Assembly: GCF_052425735.1 (NCBI RefSeq)
Contig: NC_135767.1
Span: 14,570,001 to 14,634,000, forward strand
From: Oculina patagonica
Taxonomy: Eukaryota
Length of the DNA stretch: 64,000 bases
Direction of reading: 5' to 3'
This document shows, piece by piece, positions 35,491 through 47,605 of this stretch. The position numbers were made by a program, and so were the translations under genes. Position 1 is the first letter of the stretch, and the number at the start of each line of letters is the position of its first letter. The notes beneath the pieces are model-generated. The model did no database searches, was not told the origin of the DNA, and saw only the letters and a list, made by a program, of their open reading frames with translations.

Positions 35491-38400
35491 ATTGACCACA
35501 CCCGTATTTTTCAGACAACCCTAGTCAGAAGTAGTTGGAACGCTTACGCTAAGAAGATAAAAAATGCGGATACTTGACGCTTAAACTTTCTCAATGGTGC
35601 ATACAAACATTTTAAAAGCCCCCCTCCCCCCTTTCAATGTTGAACCCATTGTGGCTAAGGATTGTCTGTGCAATATGTTCGGGAGCTCAACATTGAGAAG
35701 GGGAGGGGGGAGAGAAGGAATTAATTTGGTAATCGTGCCAACACTTCTGACGATGGTTTTCTGAAAACCTATACATTGAATTAATTGCTTATAAAACGAA
35801 AACGGTAATGCATATAGCCACCATATATTTCCTGGGGATTGCTTAGTTACTAGCCTTTTTAGTGGCAAGGTCATGACCCGTGACTGCAGAATTGACCAAT
35901 TGTATTAATTCGAAGAGAATGTCACATAATGGTTTGCGTGACTAATAATTTTCGTGTATCTTAAACGGAATAACGTGTTGCAAAGGTTCCTTTATAATAT
36001 ACATCTTTGAAAACTTTGTTAAATGTCTCCGTTTATACTATAGGCACATGTAAATTGCACTACAAACGTAATTTTCATGGAATGGAAGAACACTGACAAG
36101 TAAAAAGAACTTTGACGCGTGTTTCAATAGTATGTTTGTCATTGTGATCATAGGGCAAGTGTAAGTTAAGTCAATAGCATGTGCTGTATTTCAATTTCAT
36201 TCTTTCCCGACTATTTAAAAGACATTCCATAGCTTATGAATAAGTTATCGCACGTTGGCAACATATTTTCCTAAAAAAAACTTTTGGAAAACTCTTGTAT
36301 TGAGTGGTTATGCAATGGCGCTCGGCGTGTAAGCAAGGAGACGTCCTTCAATAAATTGTCCAGCTGCAGTCGGAATAAAAAGGTTTCCGAAATAACACGC
36401 AAACTGCTTTAAGGTCGTTGAAGTCGTAATTTAAAATGACGGGCTTAGCGCTTTTTAAAGGGTAAACAGCATTAATGGAGCTCACGAAGCTTAAAACTTA
36501 TTCTGCTTTTTGCGTGATCCCCTGCCTGTCGATCCGGTTAGGCATTAACATGACTTCCCTACGATACACCGTACAGTACACCACAAAGAAACGACGAAAA
36601 TTCATAATCTCCATGGCAAATGAATGCATTTTCATCAGAAACCTATAAAGAAATTTATTATCTTGGAATTATGGCAATATTCATCTTACCAGCTATAGAA
36701 TTTTCCTTGTTTTTCACAGTACACCATCATAAAACAGCAAGTAAAACCTTGTTTACAAATTAACCTTTAATTTGTATCGGTAATGTGGTGTACTGTGCTT
36801 ATTTTCCTCAAATAAAACAGAAAAACCTCAATGTCAATTTCGGTATGATTGTTACTGTACAAAGATTAATTCAAGCCAGTATTGTGCCTTGTAGAGCCTT
36901 TAAACAATCCCAATTTTGACATTTGGAATGGTGTACTGTCGTGGTGTACTGTCTATGTGAGTTATTAACCGGCACTGCGTCTCCGTTTACAAAGGAGTTG
37001 AATTAATGAAACTTGTAAGTCAATAAACTGTTATAAGAAAACTACCGGCATCCAGTAGAGCGCCAAAGGTGACAAGCAAATGAACTCTGTACATTGGGGG
37101 ATTAGTTCCCAATTAGCAACCAGAAATTTCACATTCATTGCCCTTTTATCTGTATGGCAGTTCGTCTACGTATGATTTCGAATGGCATAAGAAGAGTTTA
37201 AGCACAGTGGGTATCCAAAGCCTGGACCTCACCACATGTAGCAGAGATTGATACATGCATATGTTAGAATTTATTAACCTACGAACTTTTATTTCGCTGT
37301 AGCTAATTTATAGATTAGCGGACCACTTTTCCACTCCTTACAAATTTTGAAACTCTGCTTATCCTTTCTTTAGCTCGCGTTTTTGTTATGATTATGACAA
37401 AAATTATAGTGCTTTGAGCATATATCCCCTCCAATTTCATTAGAAAACCATTATTATAATTCATAAAACGAAATAGGGTTTACGGACGCCCCTTAATTAC
37501 GATCACTAACAAGAAACCGTAATTGACCACACCCGTATTTTTCAGACAACCCTAGTCAGAAGTAGTTGGAACGCTTACGCTAAGAAGATAAAAAATGCGG
37601 ATACTTGACGCTTAAACTTTCTCAATGGTGCATACAAACATTTTAAAAGCCCCCCTCCCCCCTTTCAATGTTGAACCCATTGTGGCTAAGGATTGTCTGT
37701 GCAATATGTTCGGGAGCTCAACATTGAGAAGGGGAGGGGGGAGAGAAGGAATTAATTTGGTAATCGTGCCAACACTTCTGACGATGGTTTTCTGAAAACC
37801 TATACATTGAATTAATTGCTTATAAAACGAAAACGGTAATGCATATAGCCACCATATATTTCCTGGGGATTGCTTAGTTACTAGCCTTTTTAGTGGCAAG
37901 GTCATGACCCGTGACTGCAGAATTGACCAATTGTATTAATTCGAAGAGAATGTCACATAATGGTTTGCGTGACTAATAATTTTCGTGTATCTTAAACGGA
38001 ATAACGTGTTGCAAAGGTTCCTTTATAATATACATCTTTGAAAACTTTGTTAAATGTCTCCGTTTATACTATAGGCACATGTAAATTGCACTACAAACGT
38101 AATTTTCATGGAATGGAAGAACACTGACATGTAAAAAGAACTTTGACGCGTGTTTCAATAGTATGTTTGTCATTGTGATCATAGGGCAAGTGTAAGTTAA
38201 GTCAATAGCATGTGCTGTATTTCAATTTCATTCTTTCCCGACTATTTAAAAGACATTCCATAGCTTATGAATAAGTTATCGCACGTTGGCAACATATTTT
38301 CCTAAAAAAAACTTTTGGAAAACTCTTGTATTGAGTGGTTATGCAATGGCGCTCGGCGTGTAAGCAAGGAGACGTCCTTCAATAAATTGTCCAGCTGCAG

Positions 38401-39820
38401 TCGGAATAAAAAGGTTTCCGAAATAACACGCAAACTGCTTTAAGGTCGTTGAAGTCGTAATTTAAAATGACGGGCTTAGCGCTTTTTAAAGGGTAAACAG
38501 CATTAATGGAGCTCACGAAGCTTAAAACTTATTCTGCTTTTTGCGTGATCCCCTGCCTGTCGATCCGGTTAGGCATTAACATGACTTCCCTACGATACAC
38601 CGTACAGTACACCACAAAGAAACGACGAAAATTCATAATCTCCATGGCAAATGAATGCATTTTCATCAGAAACCTATAAAGAAATTTATTATCTTGGAAT
38701 TATGGCAATATTCATCTTACCAGCTATAGAATTTTCCTTGTTTTTCACAGTACACCATCATAAAACAGCAAGTAAAACCTTGTTTACAAATTAACCTTTA
38801 ATTTGTATCGGTAATGTGGTGTACTGTGCTTATTTTCCTCAAATAAAACAGAAAAACCTCAATGTCAATTTCGGTATGATTGTTACTGTACAAAGATTAA
38901 TTCCAGCCAGTATTGTGCCTTGTAGAGCCTTTAAACAATCCCAATTTTGACATTTGGAATGGTGTACTGTCGTGGTGTACTGTCTATGTGAGTTATTAAC
39001 CGGCACTGCGTCTCCGTTTACAAAGGAGTTGAATTAATGAAACTTGTAAGTCAATAAACTGTTATAAGAAAACTACCGGCATCCAGTAGAGCGCCAAAGG
39101 TGACAAGCAAATGAACTCTGTACATTGGGGGATTAGTTCCCAATTAGCAACCAGAAATTTCACATTCATTGCCCTTTTATCTGTATGGCAGTTCGTCTAC
39201 GTATGATTTCGAATGGCATAAGAAGAGTTTAAGCACAGTGGGTATCCAAAGCCTGGACCTCACCACATGTAGCAGAGATTGATACATGCATATGTTAGAA
39301 TTTATTAACCTACGAACTTTTATTTCGCTGTAGCTAATTTATAGATTAGCGGACCACTTTTCCACTCCTTACAAATTTTGAAACTCTGCTTATCCTTTCT
39401 TTAGCTCGCGTTTTTGTTATGATTATGACAAAAATTATAGTGCTTTGAGCATATATCCCCTCCAATTTCATTAGAAAACCATTATTATAATTCATAAAAC
39501 GAAATAGGGTTTACGGACGCCCCTTAATTACGATCACTAACAAGAAACCGTAATTGACCACACCCGTATTTTTCAGACAACCCTAGTCAGAAGTAGTTGG
39601 AACGCTTACGCTAAGAAGATAAAAAATGCGGATACTTGACGCTTAAACTTTCTCAATGGTGCATACAAACATTTTAAAAGCCCCCCTCCCCCCCTTTCAA
39701 TGTTGAACCCATTGTGGCTAAGGATTGTCTGTGCAATATGTTCGGGAGCTCAACATTGAGAAGGGGAGGGGGGAGAGAAGGAATTAATTTGGTAATCGTG
39801 CCAACACTTCTGACGATGGT
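35491..39820. repeat. Near-perfect tandem repeat, period 2031 bp, ~2.13 copies
   Basis: ATTGACCACACCCG starts at 35491, 37522 and 39553; identical ORFs at 35581 and 37612. Confidence 0.97.
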
Positions 39821-40392
39821 TGTAGCATAATATTATTATGGCGACAAACAACGAACCCTGATAAACAGAAACAAAGAAAATTGATCGAAATCTATCAATC
39901 ACAATCGAGAGATATGACCTTTTGAACCGGTTCAAGCGAACTTCTGTTTCCTGAGAGGTCCGCTTAGATGATTGAAGGCAGCGACGGAACTGTTAACCAT
40001 GGAAACCCGTTAATTGAACGGAGTTCGTATGTTACTGAAAGGGGAAGTAATATGGTTAAACCAGACCTTTAATTAGAAATATCGCAAAGTAAATATAAAT
40101 AGAGGCGTAGAAAATCGTTCAAGTGCTAATTGATAGTTACGTCCGGATCACCTCTTGATTGATTAGAAGCCAGGAAAAGCCTTTTAAAGTCAAACTCCCA
40201 ATGTCAAATATTTTTTAAACTCTCAGGAGACTAACCGATGTTCACAGCTTCCTTTTAAGGCACTTCACTAAAACTTTCGACAAAATGGACCGTTTAAAAT
40301 GACCTTTGTTCGCAGATTTTGTAGTTGAAAATCAAGAAATCTTCCTTTCATTACTGTTATAAAGAATTTACCTCAGATTTAACTAACAATGT

Positions 40393-40784
40393 CAGGGGCA
40401 CCCAACGGAATATTTCGTTAAAATATGTGTTCGGAAAACGATTTGAGATCTAGAATTTTCGAAACATTCATTGTAAATTTTTTTGCTTGCGTGCCTTTCC
40501 TAGGATTTTCAAATATCTAAAAAATGGTATAATTGTTCATTTTTAACGGATTTTTTACTCTAAAAAGGTCACCTAGAATTTTCGGGAGCCTTTCTCTGGC
40601 TGGAATTTTCGAAAAGGTAAGTTTTGATCCCTATAACTTTCGGATCACTAGACTTTCAGCTAGGAAATCCGAACAAATTTTTAGGGGATGAAAATATGCC
40701 TATATCTACCGTTTAAATACTAAAATACGTTCAACGGTGCTATCTTTAAGTGGTTTTGAACTATATTCTCGATGGGTGCCCCTG
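40393..40784. mobile_element. MITE with CAGGGGCACCCA TIRs and a 7-bp TSD (P-element-like)
   Basis: ACAATGT duplicated at 40386-92 and 40785-91; related terminus near 58496. Confidence 0.82.
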
Positions 40785-41435
40785 ACAATGTATGTAACCC
40801 AACCAGCAAGTCATCTGACCGGGCCTGATGACAAGCATTTCGAATTTACGCTACATATAGTGTTTGCGTCATCACTGTTTGATTGGTTAGAAAGTAACAA
40901 AAAAAAAAAACACTAAAAAGTCATATACGTCAGTTCACAACGTCAATCAAAACTCTACACGGGGTGACTAATGTTTTCAGTTTACAAGATATTTAACATT
41001 TCTTGAGCTAATAGCAAGAGACGTTTAGCTAGAAGAAGATGAAAAGAGCAAAAAAAAAAAGCAAATTTTCCTGCAAGCCCATTTGAACGATGCATTAAAA
41101 TTTGAGGAGACCAGATGGTTTATAATGCAGCCTTTATACATAAACACAATAAGACATCGCTTTTTCGGTCTTTTGAAATACCCGTTCCTGATCTAAGTAA
41201 TGATTAGGATAACTGGCTATTTTACAAAATAGCTGGTGGCTACTCTTGAGAAATATGTCATGACGTGAGTAAAATGCGTAACAATAATAGAAGGACGCCT
41301 ATAGGACGACCAGATGGCTCAAAACAGCCTTTATAAACACGATGACATGACGAATTTTCAGTCTTTCTAAATACCATTGGTCATCGTCTAGATATCAAAA
41401 AAAATCGCTCGCTCTTTCGTCAGTGCAGCTGAAAA

Positions 41436-42296
41436 ATGGAAACCTGGTTTTGGATTCTTGGCTGGTTTATTTCCATCCTGACGATAACTGGAAATGGATT
41501 TACTGTCTTCATCGTATGCAGAAAACGACATCTTCGTACAAAGACCAATGCTTTCGTCGTTTCATTAGCAGTGGCTGATTTTTTTATGGGGATGAGCTCA
41601 GTTCCTTCACAATTTTTCTGCGAGATGGCGACTTGGTGCAACTCGCGAGGACTTCTAGCTGACGGCATTGACTATATAAGGTGGCTGTTCGCGTACGCAT
41701 CAGTGGGAAATTTATGCAGCTTAGTACTGGATCGCTACATGGCCGTGGTGAAACCATTACAATACTTGACTTTTATGAAGCGCCGCCGTGTCATTGAAAT
41801 GATAACTTTGTCTTGGGTAATACCAGTTACTTTTGTTGTGTCCGTATCATCACTGTGGTTTAGTTTGAAAAAGCCTATTATTAATACCATTTCTGGTTGG
41901 GTGTGTATGTTTTTCGAGTTACTGTCGTTTGTTGTCATAATCTTTTGCTTTGCATCTATGTTATTTGTTGTTTGCAAGCACGATCGAGCTACCCGGACCC
42001 TAGCAAAACAGCTACGTTTTAACCATCACGTTTTGGTCAAAGTTCAGGATAAGTCTGAAGTTAAAATGATGGCAGTTGTTATTATTTTATTTCTTGTGAG
42101 TTACGGAATTGCTTTGCGTTGTAGTTTTGTTTATATCCTCAGTGACAACACACCATGTAATGATAACCAATTTTAAGTGCCCCTTCTGGTTTTAAACTCC
42201 GCTGTAAACCCTTTAGCTTATGCTGTCTTCAAGAGAGACATTAAGAAGGCGTCTAAAAGACTGATCTATTCTGTGATCTTTAGAAATTGTAATTAA
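41436..42296 (+). pseudogene. Subfamily A GPCR with a premature TAA (42174-76) before TM7
   Basis: CAA TTT TAA GTG vs CAA TTT AAA GTG in paralogs; frame continues VPLLVLNSAVNPLAY..RNCN. Confidence 0.88.
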
Positions 42297-43294
42297 CTTG
42301 AACAACCTTAAAATCTTCTAGTAGAATTGAATGTCACATTACTAATCACGTGGAACACGAAATGTAGAAAAATAAACAGTTTCCGTAAATTATATTGAAC
42401 AATATAGTTTGTATTTGAGTTACTGTCTTTTTTTGTGCCATGCGACGCTCAACTCGCTAATTAAAACTAGAAGAAGAAGTTCAATATTCAAAAAGAGATT
42501 TAATTTTAACTGGATTAATCATGGCTGGCTTAACCAATTAGACAAGTGAGAATATGACAGTTTCCCTCTTTGCATGGGAATAAAATGATTAACAACAGAT
42601 GCCACTGTCTTTCTTCACTATTTGCTTTTTCAAGCCTCTCAAAGTACTTAAACACCTTTTTCCTGTGTCAGTATTGTGTGTGAGAGAGGTTATAAAAGAG
42701 TGGCTACCTGTTTTTCATATTATGTCACGAAAGTTTCAATTCAAATGCATGAGTCGCAAGTTGTAACTGAGAATTTTTTATACTAACAAAGGCTGTGCTT
42801 CTGTCTACAATAATTAATGCCCAAGTTGATAACAAGAAAAGATAAACTTGAAAAGAAATGTGTTCTATTGGAAATCAGCGAATCTGATTGGTTGATTTTC
42901 CGCTTTAAAGTACATTAAATTGTGGAATTTGGACTGCAATCCTTTAGAGTTTCTACTAAAAGAACATGACAACTAGCTCTCATTTCCTTGCTTTGGGCGA
43001 TATTCAACTCGGCTGCGCCTCGTTGACTATGCACTCATAAAAACTCGTGATCATTTTCTAATTGCCAATTAGTTGTGTATTTTGTTTTTGGATCTTATTT
43101 GCAATTAGTTTCATAATAGTAGCGACTTGCAATTGCATGTATTTAGACGCATTTGTATAAGTTGAGTTCTTAACAGAGCACTTATGTTTAGGATTGAACG
43201 CAAGTATTTACTTCGTGTCTGACTGGGTTATTTGAAATTTCCATATTACTTCATATTTGACAGAATTTGGTTTGTTTTGGTAAACTTTTATTAA

Positions 43295-43868
43295 CCCTAT
43301 TCAGACCGGGCTTTTTTGGATCTTTTCAGACCGGGGGGGGGGGATTACCCCCTCCGTAACTTCCAGAATATTTAAGCAATCACAATGAAACTTACAGGAT
43401 ATATAGTATGTCCAAAAATCTATGTTTTGGTATACGTCACGTGGGATGATGACGTCACATCATGTGACAATGACATCATAATGCAAAAACAGCCGCCATC
43501 TTGGATTTCGAAATATTTTTAAAACGTCAGAAAACCGCCCAAAATTACTGGAAAGTACTCAAAATCAATAAAAGTGTGCTTAAAACCCGTAAAAAGGTGA
43601 AAATAATTGCATTTAAGTTATTTTTCATTAATAGAAACACAAAAATTTCAAATTTGGGAAAACATGCCTGTCAAAATGTCGTTGTCATGGTGACGTCAAG
43701 TTCCTGACAGAGCAACTGATCCTACCGAATTATTTCCAGATAAATTTTAGATAAAGTCGGAAAGTTTGGCAGCGTTTGGTTGAATATTGAAAAAGTTTTT
43801 AGCGTTCAAATTCAGCGCGGGCACTTTCCGCCCCCCCCCCCCCCCCCCCCCCCCCGGTCTGGATAGGG
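43295..43868. mobile_element. piggyBac-type MITE
   Basis: TTAA-CCCTATTCAGACCGGG ... CCCGGTCTGGATAGGG-TTAA. Confidence 0.85.
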
Positions 43869-45299
43869 TTAATTAGGACACTTTGTGATGCTTGTCATAA
43901 AGAACGTGCATCTAATTAGCGTTCAAACTGGACATATCTGTAACAGGAAGGGAAAGAGTGTTCTAATAGATATAGTAAGAAGCATATCACCTAGATGCGT
44001 CCAACTTACCTTTATGACCTAGCTTGGAACAATGCTGGGGATTATTAGCTAACCAATGAGAAACGCGGATTTTTTTGCCCTTGTATGGAATCACGTGCTG
44101 CTTTAAAAACAATGGCTGCTGCTTTGGGAAACCCACAAAGAAGTCAATTAGGATGGTCTCAAAAAATTAAAGCAACGATTTAGGCGATTCTTGCGGTTAG
44201 CCAAGCAGGAGAGACTAAGGCAGAAGAGGATATGTTTGAAATGGACTGCAGGGAGGTCACGGACGCGTTTGAGGTTTAATTTGGAGCATTATCTTTTTTA
44301 CTTATTTTTCGAAAAGGTAAAAGGAAACTCAGACAGGTATTCAAGGTTGCAGGTAAGGTTTAACGAGTTTGAGCAGCAGTGATGTAGGTCATCTTCGAGA
44401 TGAACCGTTTGAAGTCGTTCATGTTTTGTTACCTGCATGAAGAGTTTGTTCAGTGTTAGTTGAGGCACATCAACACGTACGTTGAAGAGGACGATGCTCC
44501 TTTTCTAAAACTAGGTTTTGTCTCCGTGCGTATTAAAATAAATGAGGGGAATGAGAGGCGAAGAAGTCAGTCAATAGCTGTTTTGGTAGTTACAACATCA
44601 CTTCTTGATTGGTTAGAAGCTAAAAAAAAAAAACTATTAAATGTCAAATTTGGAATGTGAAAACGTCCCGCACTCAAAATCTATATGGGTTGACCAATGT
44701 TTTTAGCTTACATGAATTTTAATTTAAAACAAGAAAAAATGTCTGCGAGAAAATAGACGGTTTTTAAAAATGGTCGTTGATCGCCGATTGTTATTGATAA
44801 TTATTATGATTGTAGTAGTGATTTGAAGGATTTACGGCAGCCAGGTATCTGATTTAGGGGACGGCATGTCTACTTAATGCTGCACACTGTTGGCGTCATC
44901 ACTGATTGATTGGTTAGAAAAACACCAAATAATTCATACTCGTCATGTCCAAAATTCAATCAAATATTTAACCATTTTTATTTCAATTAGTAAGAATGTT
45001 TTGCTGATCAATGCTGATGTGGAAATTTGACTATTAAAACGCAATTCGAAAAATAAGTGAGTTTTCCTGCAAGATGAACTGATCGCATCGACAGACATCA
45101 CTTGTTTACTTAACAGTAAGAGCTTGTGGGTAGTTACACGTCATTTAAAATTGATGCATTATAATTAGTCGAGACCAGATGGTTTATAAAGAAACCACAT
45201 TTATATCAACAGGATAAAACAACGCTGTTTCGGTCTTTTGAAATACCCGCTGCTGTTAGTCATCAAAATAACTCGAGCTCTGCACAACATTGCCTGAAT

Positions 45300-46109
45300 A
45301 TGGAAACCTGGTTCTGGATTCTCGGATGGTTTCTTTCCATTCTGACGATGACTGGAAACGGATTTGTTATCTTCATTGTTTGCAGAAAACGACAGCTTCG
45401 CACCAAAACCAATGCCTTTATCGTTTCATTAGCTGTGGCTGACTTCTGTGTGGGGCAAAACGCAGTCCCTTCGCTGTTCTTTTGTGAGATGGTGGGTCGC
45501 TGCCATTGGATATTAACTTATCTAAGGGGGCTGTTCGTGTACGCATCTGCCACAAACTTGTGTAGCCTAGTACTGGATCGCTACATCGCACTTGCGAAAC
45601 CTTTGTCATACTTGACTTTTTTGAAGCGCCGCCGAGTCTTGCAAATGATTTTCCTGTCATGGACAATCCCTGTTGCTTTCACTGTCTTTGTCGTGTCGTC
45701 GCTGTGGTTTTATCGCTCGAAAACACCAGTTATCTTTAAAATTCTTGGTTGGCTGTATTTAGCTTTTGAGGTGTTGTCATGTGCTATCGTAATCTTCTGT
45801 TTTACCGCTATGCTACGTGTGGTTTGCAACCACGCAAGATCTGCCCGTACGTTAGCCAAAAAGTTACGTTTTAATCATCGGGTTTTGCATAAAACTCAGG
45901 ACACGTCTGCGGTTAAAATGATGGCAATTGTTATTTGCATGTTTCTTGTATGCTATTGGATATTTTTGCGATGTAACTTTGTTTTAATTTTTATCGATCA
46001 AAAACAATGTAACGATCTTCAATACAAGGTACCTATTCTGGTTTTGAACTCCGCCGAAAACCCTTTAGCTTACGCCATCTTCAAGAGAGACATAAAGAGA
46101 GAGTTTTAA
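45300..46109 (+). CDS. Class A orphan GPCR, subfamily C; helix-8 nonsense codon and NSAENP variant
   Basis: 269-aa 7TM ORF; frame continues past TAA as RLIYLVMIKKCN. Confidence 0.85.
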   Translation: METWFWILGWFLSILTMTGNGFVIFIVCRKRQLRTKTNAFIVSLAVADFCVGQNAVPSLFFCEMVGRCHWILTYLRGLFVYASATNLCSLVLDRYIALAKPLSYLTFLKRRRVLQMIFLSWTIPVAFTVFVVSSLWFYRSKTPVIFKILGWLYLAFEVLSCAIVIFCFTAMLRVVCNHARSARTLAKKLRFNHRVLHKTQDTSAVKMMAIVICMFLVCYWIFLRCNFVLIFIDQKQCNDLQYKVPILVLNSAENPLAYAIFKRDIKREF

Positions 46110-46731
46110 AGACTGATCTATCTTGTGATGATAAAAAAGTGTAACCAGCTTTAACATTTTTTTTTTAAATAAAAATTTGCTTTAATTAAGGTAGATAACG
46201 ATTACTTCGCGTAACTAAAGTTCTTTTAATGTTGTGCGAAAACTGAAAGTTTAAGGTAGGGACAGAATTTTGGGAAAAAAAAAATAATTCTTGACAAGGA
46301 TTTGTAATGCATCCCAAATATTAACCTTTTTTTTCTCTCATATCCGATAAAATAAAATGATTTGAAGTTTTTTTTTTGTATTCATTCGACGATTTGAAAT
46401 GGCAGATGTTTCCATTCTCCTTTGGTCTCTCCAACGCCTGAAACATCCATTCAATCGAAACTGACACGATTTATATCTCGAATTTTGATTGGATTAACAG
46501 CGCCTAGCTTGACATGTCAGCGATGAGAATTTAAGAAATTCCTAATATTTGCAAGGGAATACGTAAAATGATCGACAGCAATTTTCGCAGGGAGGTTTCA
46601 CAGTTTCTATTCATATTTTTCTTTGCTTTTTTCAATCTTCTCAAAATACCAAAAAGCCTAACTGCTACTTTAGAATAGCGAAAGTGTCGCAAAGAGAGTA
46701 GAACAGTTAGTAAAAAGATATTTTTTTTTTT

Positions 46732-46962
46732 TTAACCCTTGGGATTTAAAAAGATGGCGTATCCAAGATGGCGGCTGTTTTGACATCACGATGTAATTAT
46801 CACGTGATGTGACGTCATAATCCCACGTGACGTATACCAAAAGAAATATTTTCGGACATACTATATATCCTATAAGTTTCATTGTGATTGCTTAAATATT
46901 CTGGAAGTTACATAGGGGGCTTCCCCCGGTCAGAGAAGGTCCAAAAAAGCCCTGTCTGAATA
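46732..46962 (-). mobile_element. Deleted, inverted copy of the piggyBac-type MITE at 43295
   Basis: Reverse-complement match to ~43298-43505 (GGACATACTATATATCCT..TTTCATTGTGATTGCTTAAATATTCTGGAAGTTAC). Confidence 0.8.
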
Positions 46963-47422
46963 GTTCAAGATTCACGTTGAAAGGTCCACGGCCCTGTACA
47001 TCTTTTGTTTTGTGCTCATACACTATGCATGGATTACGTAATCGCAATGTTTCTATGGGCTAGTTACAATAAAAAATACGTAGCCACCTATTGTATTTTG
47101 TCAGATTTTGTACAGGGTCAACCTCAAAATGGCAAACAAAAACATACAACAAAGAACTTTGCCGGGTTTCCTAACCATTTGCCTTTATTAACATGTCCTC
47201 ACGAGCCTGTCACGTGAACATACGTTCAGAATTTGACAAATTTGATCCGAATTCCATCCTGAGCACTTGTTGGAATCTTTATTGAAGGGTACAGGGAGGA
47301 GTAAAACTCAAAAATAAAATTAAACTTCCACTATAGTGTTTTTTGTTTGTTTGTTTGTTTGTTTTTGTTTTTGTTTTTTTATCAATTTAATTATGAGAAG
47401 TTACAATTGACCATTTTTTTGT

Positions 47423-47605
47423 CAATGTCGACCCGGACTATGGCCAAGTCCGATTTATAAGTCTGCCATTTACGGACTTCCGGTCGCTTATGCTCAAATC
47501 CGATTAGCTGATAAGAAACACTCTGCACATGCTCAAAATACGTACTTTTCCAAAGTCCGCGTTCTTACTGCTGACCAAAAAAAGCGGGCTCTGTTGACGA
47601 GATTG
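47423..47605. mobile_element. Short MITE (CAAT..ATTG termini, ~8-bp TSD)
   Basis: CAATGTCGAC.. / ..GACGAGATTG; flanks TTTTTTGT / ATTTTTGT. Confidence 0.5.

Noticed and set aside
35491-39820. LTR retrotransposon or retrozyme
   Set aside because: No TG..CA-bounded LTR with PBS/PPT, no gag/pol and no hammerhead core found by eye.
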